NCBI GenBank assembly: GCA_035939185.1
Contig: DASZGB010000005.1
Location: 182,713-246,712 of the forward strand
Reading direction: 5' to 3'
DNA from: Solirubrobacteraceae bacterium
GTDB taxonomy: Bacteria; Actinomycetota; Thermoleophilia; Solirubrobacterales; Solirubrobacteraceae
Length of the DNA: 64,000 nucleotides
A model generated the notes under the pieces. It saw only the letters and a list, made by a program, of their open reading frames with translations. It had not been told where the DNA came from and did no database searches. Of this stretch, positions 18,558 to 26,064 are shown in pieces. The position numbers and the translations under genes were made by a program. The first letter of the stretch is position 1; the number at the start of each line of letters is the position of its first letter.

Positions 18558-18604
18558 GTACTGCAAGGGCACCCAAACAACCTTCGTTGGTCGTGAAAGG
18601 ACTT
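18558..18604 (+). repeat. 47-bp imperfect direct repeat, copy 2
   Basis: GTACTGCAAGGGCACCCAAACAACCTTCGTTGGTCGTGAAAGGACTT. Confidence 0.8.
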
Positions 18605-18968
18605 GCCCTCGACAGCCCGCGCCCGCCTGGTCTACATGCCTCTTGAGATCGCCGGCCGGCTCTGCTCTGTTCGCCCCGGCCGGTTCAGAAACGGATGATT
18701 GTCCCCGGTGGGTCGGGCTGCGCTACGATCCTGGCCAGCCTGGGAACGACCGCTCCACGGCTACGGCTAGGTTGCTGTTAGGAGCGAATCGTTCCCCCCG
18801 CTATGAACCCGCGACACTCGGCATCACACGCCCGAATCTCGATTGGTGGTGCCGGACGAGGATTCGACCCCCCGTCGCACCCGCGACCAGCGGAAAGAAA
18901 ACCTAAGCCTAGCCCAGCGATCCAGCGGCAGCGCCGCCGGCAAGTCGCTTCGCCGCCCCTAAAAGCGC

Positions 18969-18994
18969 CTGCTTGATCTCTGCTTGATCTCTGC
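18969..18994. repeat. 11-bp tandem repeat near island boundary (possible integrase arm sites)
   Basis: CTGCTTGATCT x2 + CTGC, ~60 bp from tRNA 3' end. Confidence 0.6.
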
Positions 18995-19051
18995 CGTGGC
19001 CAGTCGCTGTCGCCAGCCCCAAAACAGGCCGATTAGCAGGCATTTCTCAAG

Positions 19052-19124
19052 TGGAGCCAGCCGGGATCGAACCGGCGACCTCCTGCTTGCAAAGCAGGCG
19101 CTCTCCCAGCTGAGCTATGGCCCC
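19052..19124 (-). tRNA. tRNA-Ala(TGC)
   Basis: GGGGCCATAGCTCAGCTGGGAGAGCGCCTGC-TTTGCAA-GCAGGAGGTCGCCGGTTCGATCCCGGCTGGCTCCA; G3:U70 pair. Confidence 0.97.
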
Positions 19125-19176
19125 GAATACACTGAGTCTAAGGCAAGAACCGTCGCCAGACCAGCCAGTGTGGAGG

Positions 19177-19671
19177 CTACTTGTCGAAGTCGAAGTCGCG
19201 AGGAGGCTGTTGCTCGAACCAAAGACGATCCTGATCGGGGGTATCACGCAGGAAGTCCGGGGTCTCCTCGAGGACGTCGTCGACCGGCTCCTCCTGATCC
19301 TCGGCCTTCTTGCCATCGGACGAATCGCCCGGAACCTCCCATTCCAGCGACTCCTCGGCGGCCGGGGCTGCTGCACCAACAGGCGACTCGGTCGTTAGCA
19401 CCGTGCGCATGTCAAGCTCCGCAGTCTCCTCGCCAGTCTGGGGCAGAGTCTGCCCTGAGGGGGGGAGGGAGTCCTCGGTAGACGCAGCAAGCTCCTTCCC
19501 AGCCTCCACTGTCGCATTGGCAGGGCCATCGGGCGACGCCGAAGCAGTATTGCCCCCGCGATCCACAGGTCCCAGCGCCTCGTGCTCCTGACGAGCAACC
19601 TCGTTGGGGTCGGCACCGTGCTGGCGCCTAAACTCCAAGTGCTCGCGGATGGCGTCATCGAGCAATCCCAT
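19177..19671 (-). CDS. Acidic hypothetical protein
   Basis: MGLLDDAIREHLEFRRQHGAD...EETPDFL...LWFEQQPPRDFDFDK; lies between the two tRNAs. Confidence 0.8.
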   Translation of the reverse strand: MGLLDDAIREHLEFRRQHGADPNEVARQEHEALGPVDRGGNTASASPDGPANATVEAGKELAASTEDSLPPSGQTLPQTGEETAELDMRTVLTTESPVGAAAPAAEESLEWEVPGDSSDGKKAEDQEEPVDDVLEETPDFLRDTPDQDRLWFEQQPPRDFDFDK

Positions 19672-19805
19672 GCGCAGGGGCAAACCATACCTCTCGAGGC
19701 GAACGGCTTCGCCGGGCGCTTACCGCCGGTCCGGGGATTCCCACGCACCCCGCTGTGCGACTACACTTGCCTGACCGCGCCTTCCTTCTGTGTGGGGACG
19801 AGCGT

Positions 19806-19878
19806 GGGGCTATAGCTCAGTTGGGAGAGCGCCTGGATCGCACCCAGGAGGTCGGGGGTTCGAGTCCCCCTAGCTCCA
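19806..19878 (+). tRNA. tRNA-Ala(CGC)
   Basis: GGGGCTATAGCTCAGTTGGGAGAGCGCCTGG-ATCGCAC-CCAGGAGGTCGGGGGTTCGAGTCCCCCTAGCTCCA. Confidence 0.96.
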
Positions 19879-19972
19879 TAAGCATGAAAGCCCTGCAAAT
19901 CTGCGGAGTTTTTGTGCGCGACCTGTGTCCACGAGGAGGCGCAATGCGGCAAATCAAGCTCAGGAGAACCAC

Positions 19973-20326
19973 ATGAGCTTCATGCTCGCCCACCGAGACG
20001 CTTGCGAGAGAACCGGCAACTGGCAGCTCGTTCGCCGCACGCTTGGCCTCGGCGCGTTCGGCATCAACATCGTGGAGATCCCAGCCGGCGAGCGGATCCC
20101 CGAGCACAATGAGAGTGAACGTGACCAGGAGGAGGTGTTCTACGTGCTGAGCGGCAGCCCGACACTCCTGATCGATGGTGAGGAGCACCCAGCCCCCGCG
20201 GGGACCTTCGCACGCCTCGACCCTGAGCACTCGCGTACTGTTGTCAACGGGAGCGGGGAGCTCGCGAGCGTGCTGATCGTCTCGGCGCCGCGATCGAGTG
20301 GATACGAACCGATGGGGTGGGCATGA
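19973..20326 (+). CDS. Cupin domain protein
   Basis: PEHNE...QEEVFYVLSG...GTFARLDPEHSRTVVN; RBS CAGGAG. Confidence 0.85.
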   Translation: MSFMLAHRDACERTGNWQLVRRTLGLGAFGINIVEIPAGERIPEHNESERDQEEVFYVLSGSPTLLIDGEEHPAPAGTFARLDPEHSRTVVNGSGELASVLIVSAPRSSGYEPMGWA

Positions 20327-20748
20327 GCAGTGCGATTGAGCAGCTGCAGGAAACGATTGCTGCCTACAACGACGCCTGGAACGCCCATGACGTGGAGCGG
20401 ATCGCCTCGATGCACGCTCCCGACATGGTTTTTGAGAACCACACTGCCGGTGAGCGAGCCGCGGGCGAGGCTACGCTCGAGCACATCGCGCGGATCTTCG
20501 ACTCCTGGCCGGATATCGAGTTCCAGACCCGCAGGCTCTACGTGCGCGAGGACCTTGTGGTGCAGGAGTGGACCGCCACGGCAACCCACGTAAGGCCGCT
20601 CAGCCGCGGCGATATCGTGGCCGAGCCCTCGGGCAAGCGCATCGAGTGGAAGGGCATGGACGTGATTCCTTTCCAGGATGGCAAGGTCAAGCGTAAGGAC
20701 GTCTACTCGGACTCCGTATCGATCCTGCGTCAGGTCGGCCTGCTGTAG
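20323..20748 (+). CDS. SnoaL-like / ester cyclase family protein
   Basis: YNDAWNAHDVE...PDMVFE, VVQEWTATATH, GKRIEWKGMDV. Confidence 0.85.
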   Translation: MSSAIEQLQETIAAYNDAWNAHDVERIASMHAPDMVFENHTAGERAAGEATLEHIARIFDSWPDIEFQTRRLYVREDLVVQEWTATATHVRPLSRGDIVAEPSGKRIEWKGMDVIPFQDGKVKRKDVYSDSVSILRQVGLL

Positions 20749-20770
20749 CCGCGCACCCCGTTCGCCCCGC

Positions 20771-21652
20771 TCAGCGCGATCGTGTGCGCCCGCTTCGATG
20801 GGCGGGTGGGCAGGCCGCCCGCACAAGAGCGCTGCCGCGAGAACCGTCGGCAAAGGTCGATTCGGCGGCGAAGGGGAAGCCACCCCTAGGACACCTGGAA
20901 GGCACGATGACCTGGTTCGCGAGGGAGAATCGTGCGTGCCTGTTCACGCCCAAGGTCAGTGAGAAGAGAACTGGCGAAGCATCGGGCGTCTGAGGCAGCG
21001 CGTGAATGGGGGGCACACTGATTATGAGCTCTTCTCCGTAAGGAGCGCGATCGAAGCGGATTTCCCCCTTGAAGACAAAGCGCTCGGACAGTGGTGTAAA
21101 GCCCTGGGCGAGGATCGCGAGCGTGGGCTGGCCGTTTCGCAAGGGCCCGACAAAGGCCGACAGGGTGATGCGCTCGGTGAGGATCTGGGATCCCGCGGGC
21201 AACGCTGTGAGCGCGTGCCCACTGCCGACGCGTGAGGCCTGCGAACAGCCACGTATCCCGTGCGCACGCAGGCGCGCCGCCGAGCAGGTAAGGAGGTTGG
21301 GTATGTCAAGCCCCATGCCAGCGGGGAAGCGCATCGTCAGCTTGCGCACCGCGGCAGGCACGCGAGATTCGGCCGGAGCAATGCCGTCGGCCTGACCGAC
21401 GTCATAGTGGATCGAGAAGGTCAGAGCGCCTCTTGCACCAAGGCGATCGGGGGAGAAGGTCGATGTGATCGAGGAGATACCGGCGGGTGTAGGCGCAGGT
21501 GCAGGCCCCGGAACCAGTTCCGGCACGCCGAACCCAGCGTAGGCTGTTGGCGCGGCGCAGAAAACCAGGACGGCGCATACAGTCAGCGCGCGCATACCAC
21601 GCTTGCCTATGCGCGCCGGGAACCTCGGTGGCAGCATGTCCTCGCTCTGCAT
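20771..21652 (-). CDS. Secreted hypothetical protein
   Basis: Signal peptide (ALTVCAVLVFCAAPTAYA), beta-rich body, CPRGGFPFAAE end; start uncertain (21652/21595). Confidence 0.7.
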   Translation of the reverse strand: MQSEDMLPPRFPARIGKRGMRALTVCAVLVFCAAPTAYAGFGVPELVPGPAPAPTPAGISSITSTFSPDRLGARGALTFSIHYDVGQADGIAPAESRVPAAVRKLTMRFPAGMGLDIPNLLTCSAARLRAHGIRGCSQASRVGSGHALTALPAGSQILTERITLSAFVGPLRNGQPTLAILAQGFTPLSERFVFKGEIRFDRAPYGEELIISVPPIHALPQTPDASPVLFSLTLGVNRHARFSLANQVIVPSRCPRGGFPFAAESTFADGSRGSALVRAACPPAHRSGRTRSR

Positions 21653-21659
21653 CTCAGTG

Positions 21660-22790
21660 TCACGATAGCCCGAGGCGCAGCTCCGCGCTGGCGAACTCGA
21701 CTCCCAGGGGCTCGATGAGGACGCGCCGCGGGCCGTTTTCGACGGTCCCCGCGAGGATCGCCTGAAGCCCCAAGCCATGCGCGAGAGCCACGACCTGCTC
21801 GCCGTTGCCGGGGGCGCAGTAGACAGCGAAGCCTGCGCCCATGTTGAGCGTCGCGTAAGACGCGCGGTCGCTCATGCCGGTATGGCGCGCAAGGAACGCA
21901 AGTACCTCAGGGACAGGCGGCAACCGCGTGATCTTGTAGGTGAGCTCCTGCGGCGGGCGCATGAGCTTGAGGAAGCCATGGCCTGTGATGTGGCTGAGAT
22001 AGCTGACCGGCACGCTGGCGTCGAGCACCGCCTCAACCAACCTGGAGTAGATGAGGGAGGGCGTGAGGAGCGCCTCGCCAAAGGTCGCCCCTCCGGGCAG
22101 GCGGGTGGCGAAGCCATCGTCCAATTCCCGCGCGACCATGCGCGCGAGCGAGGAGCCGTTGGCGTGCAGACCATTGCTGGCGACCAGGACGATTTCATCG
22201 CTCGCCGCCAAGTCCTGCCCCAGCACCGCGGCGTCACCCGCAGGCACGACCCCCACGGCACTGCCCGCCAGCTCGATGTCCGACGCGGCGACAAGCTCGG
22301 GGAGCGAGGGCGACTCCCCCCCGCCCCACACGCAGCCGGCCTCGGCGCAGGCCGCAGCCCAACCTTCGATCAGCTCGCTGTGCCAGTCGTGGTTGGCAAA
22401 CCAAGCGGGGGTGCCGGTGGCAAAGTAGGCGTTCAGCACCAGCGGTCTCGCGCCGACGCAGCAGAGATCGTTGACGATCGCGGCGACGGCGTCGTAGGCG
22501 ACGGCGCGGAAGCGGTTGACCCCCTGCTGCTCGGCCACCATGCGCGCGATGATCGACTTCGTGCCCAATCCCTCGAGTACCAGTGCGAGCGTCTGTCCAG
22601 CTAGCTCGAAAACGAAGGCGGGCTCGCCACGGGACTCATCCAGAGCACGGCCGCCGCGTGCCCTCAGCAGCGGAGACGTGGCGAGCGCGGAGTCGATCGC
22701 CAGGCGCTTGCCGGCGTCAAGCACAGCGTAGTCGATGCCGGCGTTGCGATAGGCGTCATCGCCTCCTCCGCCACCCGCGCCATCGCTCAC
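21660..22790 (-). CDS. purM: AIR synthase (PurM) family protein, divergent
   Basis: YRNAGIDY, EGLGTKS, VAAIVNDL, GGESPSL, SNGLHANG, HITGHG, TLNMGAGF; true start probably GTG 22790. Confidence 0.8.
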   Translation of the reverse strand: MSDGAGGGGGDDAYRNAGIDYAVLDAGKRLAIDSALATSPLLRARGGRALDESRGEPAFVFELAGQTLALVLEGLGTKSIIARMVAEQQGVNRFRAVAYDAVAAIVNDLCCVGARPLVLNAYFATGTPAWFANHDWHSELIEGWAAACAEAGCVWGGGESPSLPELVAASDIELAGSAVGVVPAGDAAVLGQDLAASDEIVLVASNGLHANGSSLARMVARELDDGFATRLPGGATFGEALLTPSLIYSRLVEAVLDASVPVSYLSHITGHGFLKLMRPPQELTYKITRLPPVPEVLAFLARHTGMSDRASYATLNMGAGFAVYCAPGNGEQVVALAHGLGLQAILAGTVENGPRRVLIEPLGVEFASAELRLGLS

Positions 22791-22867
22791 GCGGCAAAGT
22801 CTAGACGGCGGCGCCCCTGGCCCCCCCGTGCGGCACCGCGAAATTCGGCGCGGGCGCAGGGCAGCCG

Positions 22868-24301
22868 CTAGACCGGCGCCACGCGCTCGTGCCAGCGCTC
22901 GACCTGCTCTAACTGTGCGGCCAGCGACAACAGGCGGCCCTCGGTGTTGGCAGGCCCCAGCAGCTGGACGCCAAAGGGCAGCCCGTCCCGGTTCACACCT
23001 GCAGGCACATTGATGCCGGGCCAACCCAAGACGTTCCAGGGCCACGCATAGGGGCAGGCGCCGGCGACGATCTGGTCGGTGGCGAAGCCCGAGAGCCCTT
23101 CGGTGGCGCCGATCGGCAGCGGCGGCGCAGCGGTGGTGGGTGCAAGCACGACATCGGCGCGCTGGAAGACCGTGCCGGCGCGGCGCTGGAAGAAGGACTC
23201 CAGACGCCGGGCGGGCCCCAGCACGGGCCGTGCGAGCAGGCGCCCGACGAGAGCAGAGCTGCGGGTGACTGGGTGAAGGAGCGAGCGGTCGGGCACCTGC
23301 GCTGCCCACTGGTGCACTCCAGACTGCCCGCGGGCGAGGAGCGTCAACCCCATGAGACCGTAGCGGGGCTCGTCTTCGATAACGGTATGGCCGAGCTCGC
23401 GCAGGACGCCGCCAAGGCGATGCACGGCAGCGCGGATCTCGTGGTCCAGGCGCACGGGGGCGGCGCTGAAAGGTGCGCGCAACGAGAGTGCGATGCGCAG
23501 CCGCCCCGGCTCGCGGGCAGCGGCCTGGGTGTAGGGCTCAGGGGGAGGCGGAGGGATGTGCAGATCGCCGGGGTGCGAGCCGCTGAGGACGTCGAGCATG
23601 AGCGCCGTGTCGGCGACGGTGCGGGTAAGCGGTCCAAAGCAGGTGAGGCCGTTGAAGGACTCGGGATCCGGCCAGGTGGAGATACGCCCGCGCTGGGGCT
23701 TGATGCCCACGAGGCCACACCAGGCGGCAGGGATGCGTACCGAGCCCGCGCCGTCGGAACCGGTCGCGACGGGCACCAGGCCTGCGGCGACGGCCGCGGC
23801 GCTGCCGCCGCTTGAGCCTCCGGGCGTGTGGTCGAGGCTCCAGGGGTTGCGAGTAGCCCCGAAGGCCGGTCCCTCGGTGAAGGGGTAAAGCCCGATCTCC
23901 GGCGCATTGGTCTTGCCGACGATGACGGCGCCGGCCTCGCGCAAGCGCCGCACGAGCTCACAGTCCTGGGTCTTGACCGGAAAATCACCGGGGCAGCCGA
24001 AGGCGGTTGGGTGCCCAGCGACGTCGACATCGTCCTTGACGGCCACGGGCACGCCGAGCAGCGGCAGGCGCTCGCCGGCCGCCAGACGCCGGTCGGCGGC
24101 GGCGGCTTCTGCGGGTGCGGACTCATCGAAGACGACGCGGAAAGCGTTGAGGGTAGGCTGGGTAGCGTGGATGCGCGCGAGCGTACGCGCGATGAGCTCG
24201 CACGAAGTGATCTGCCCACCGGCAAGCGCGGCCACGCACTCGACCAGGCTCATCGGTACGGCCTGCGAAGGACTGTCGTGGGTCGCCTCAGCTGTGGACA
24301 T
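22868..24301 (-). CDS. Amidase (amidase-signature family)
   Basis: GVPVAVKD, GKTNAPE, PGGSSGGS, GSDGAGSVRIPA. Confidence 0.92.
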   Translation of the reverse strand: MSTAEATHDSPSQAVPMSLVECVAALAGGQITSCELIARTLARIHATQPTLNAFRVVFDESAPAEAAAADRRLAAGERLPLLGVPVAVKDDVDVAGHPTAFGCPGDFPVKTQDCELVRRLREAGAVIVGKTNAPEIGLYPFTEGPAFGATRNPWSLDHTPGGSSGGSAAAVAAGLVPVATGSDGAGSVRIPAAWCGLVGIKPQRGRISTWPDPESFNGLTCFGPLTRTVADTALMLDVLSGSHPGDLHIPPPPPEPYTQAAAREPGRLRIALSLRAPFSAAPVRLDHEIRAAVHRLGGVLRELGHTVIEDEPRYGLMGLTLLARGQSGVHQWAAQVPDRSLLHPVTRSSALVGRLLARPVLGPARRLESFFQRRAGTVFQRADVVLAPTTAAPPLPIGATEGLSGFATDQIVAGACPYAWPWNVLGWPGINVPAGVNRDGLPFGVQLLGPANTEGRLLSLAAQLEQVERWHERVAPV

Positions 24302-24443
24302 GGCTCCCAGCGAACAGTAGCGCTGCAAACTCGTGATCCGTGCGCGGCCTCATCTCCGCAAGGCTCGAGCGATGCTCGCGGCGATCATAGTGGCGCAGCG
24401 CAATCGAGCTTGTGTCTCCCAATCGGCTTGTGCCTCCCCATTC

Positions 24444-24516
24444 AAAGCAGCCCCTCAGCGCAAAGCGCCCCTCAGCGCAAAGCGAGCCCCTCAGCGCAAA
24501 GCGAGCCCCTCAGCGC
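24444..24516. repeat. 17-19-bp tandem repeat x4
   Basis: AAAGCG(AG)CCCCTCAGCGC; last unit contains the SDR stop codon; no spacers. Confidence 0.85.
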
Positions 24517-25304
24517 GCCAACCATCCGCCATCGACGCGCAGTGTCGCGCCGGTGACATAGCTGGCTTCCGAAGAGGCCAGGAAACAGATCGCCGCTGCC
24601 TGCTCCTCAGGGGTGGAGAAGCGCCCCAGCGGGATCGCCTCGGTCAGGGCCGCGGCGCGCTCGGGGTCCGCACGTATGGCGGCGTTCATGCCCGTCTTCG
24701 TGACCCCGGGGGCGACGGCGTTGACGCGGATGCCGTGCGGCGCGAGCTCCAGCGCAAAGGCGCGCGTGAGCATCAGCAAGGCACTCTTGGAGGTGGTGTA
24801 GGCGGCGTGGCCGGGCAGCGCGATGAAGGACTCGATCGAGCCCACGTTGACGATCGCGCCGGGAGTGCCCGTCTCGATATGCGCGCGTGCGAACTCGCGC
24901 GAGAGTCGCAGAGGCGCCCTGTAATTGACATCAAGCGTGCGCTGCCACTCATCCAGCGGATGCTCGAGGAAACCGTGACGCAGCAGAATGCCCGCTGCGT
25001 TGACAAGCACGTCGCTGCCACCGACAGCCGCCAGTGCCTCCTCGCTGTTCACATCAACCGCCAAAAGGTGAGCGCCAGGGATGGAGTCGAAAGTCTCCTC
25101 CAGGCCGTCCCTCGATGTGTCAAGGCCCACCACCTCCGCGCCCTCTGCGGCGAGGCGGCGGGCGACCGCTCGCCCGATGCCCGAGGCGGCGCCGGTGATG
25201 AGGGCGCGTTGACCGGCGAAGCGCGGGGCGGAGGACCCCGAGCGCGAAGACGGCGCCGGTGAGCTCGAAGACGGCACCGCCGAGTCCGGCGGCGGCGCCG
25301 TCAT
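24510..25304 (-). CDS. SDR oxidoreductase
   Basis: TGAASGIG, NAAG, YTTSK, NAVAPG, VDGG. Confidence 0.92.
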   Translation of the reverse strand: MTAPPPDSAVPSSSSPAPSSRSGSSAPRFAGQRALITGAASGIGRAVARRLAAEGAEVVGLDTSRDGLEETFDSIPGAHLLAVDVNSEEALAAVGGSDVLVNAAGILLRHGFLEHPLDEWQRTLDVNYRAPLRLSREFARAHIETGTPGAIVNVGSIESFIALPGHAAYTTSKSALLMLTRAFALELAPHGIRVNAVAPGVTKTGMNAAIRADPERAAALTEAIPLGRFSTPEEQAAAICFLASSEASYVTGATLRVDGGWLAR

Positions 25305-25314
25305 CCCAGCACCC

Positions 25315-25350
25315 TTGGCGGGATCAACAACATTGGCGGGATCAACAACA
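25315..25350. repeat. 18-bp tandem duplication between SDR genes
   Basis: TTGGCGGGATCAACAACA x2. Confidence 0.8.
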
Positions 25351-25356
25351 GATCGC

Positions 25357-26064
25357 TCATCGCAGCAGATAACCCCCATCCACGTAGACGATCTCACCCG
25401 TCATGTAGCGCGCTGCATCGGAGATGAGAAAGGCGACTACATCACCCACGTCCTCCGGCCTGCCCGGGCGACCGCCCAGCGGAATCGCCTGCTCGAGCTC
25501 TGCCAGCTCCGGTGTCATGGCCGTGGCTATCGGCCCTGGCCCCACCGCCACCGCACGGATGCCGTGTGGTGCGAGCTCGAGCGCCTGGGCTCTGGTCAGT
25601 CCAAGCAGCCCGCCCTTGGTGGCGGCGTAGGCGGCCTGCGGCGGATCGGCCCAGCCGACCTGGGACTCGATCGAGCACACATTCACAATCGTGCCCCCTG
25701 TGCCTTCCTTTACCCAATGGCTGGCAACTGCCTGTGAGAGCAAGAAGGGCACGTTCAGATTGAGCGCCACCATCGCGTCGATGTCCTCATCTGACTGCTC
25801 CCAGCAGTCGTCCTCCAACAGCAGGCCAGCATTGTTGACCAGCGCGTCGACGCGACCACAGGCATCGAGCGCCGCGGCCAGCACCCGCTCAGCAGCAGCG
25901 CCGGGCTCGGTGAGATCGCATTGAAGCTGTACCCACTCTCCAGGCGAGCGGCTGACACCGAATACCTGCATCCCAGCAGCGGTGAGCCGACGTGCGATTC
26001 CTGCGCCGATCCCACGCGAGGCGCCAGTGACGATCGCCACGGGAGCGGGGTCCGTCACTGACAC
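25357..26064 (-). CDS. SDR oxidoreductase
   Basis: TGASRGIG, NNAG, YAATK, VDGG. Confidence 0.92.
   Translation of the reverse strand: MSVTDPAPVAIVTGASRGIGAGIARRLTAAGMQVFGVSRSPGEWVQLQCDLTEPGAAAERVLAAALDACGRVDALVNNAGLLLEDDCWEQSDEDIDAMVALNLNVPFLLSQAVASHWVKEGTGGTIVNVCSIESQVGWADPPQAAYAATKGGLLGLTRAQALELAPHGIRAVAVGPGPIATAMTPELAELEQAIPLGGRPGRPEDVGDVVAFLISDAARYMTGEIVYVDGGYLLR

Larger units (their letters stand above)
1..19051. mobile_element. Integrative conjugative element / genomic island, right-hand part, integrated at 3' end of tRNA-Ala(TGC); runs off the left edge
   Basis: Conjugation operon 1-8708, accessory regulators, IS and defence-like cargo, ending exactly at tRNA 3' end (19052). Tandem 11-bp repeats at 18969-18994 resemble integrase arm sites. 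No integrase in window (presumably at far end). Confidence 0.8.

Noticed and set aside
18600-19051. Integrase at the tRNA-proximal end of the island
   Set aside because: No recombinase ORF or remnant recognisable here; it is presumably beyond the left edge of the window.
18984-19481. ORFs spanning the tRNA genes (also 19047-19379, 19755-19976, 19761-19952)
   Set aside because: Translations of tRNA sequence (e.g. GASRDRTGDLLLAKQALSQLSY) are well-known annotation artefacts.
22791-23309. N-terminal extension of the 549-aa PurM ORF
   Set aside because: Overlaps the amidase in another frame; low-complexity Arg/Ala translation. PurM similarity starts near 22790.
24444-24516. Possible mini-CRISPR array
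   Set aside because: Units are contiguous with no unique spacers, are only 17-19 bp long, and no cas genes are nearby; it is a simple tandem repeat.
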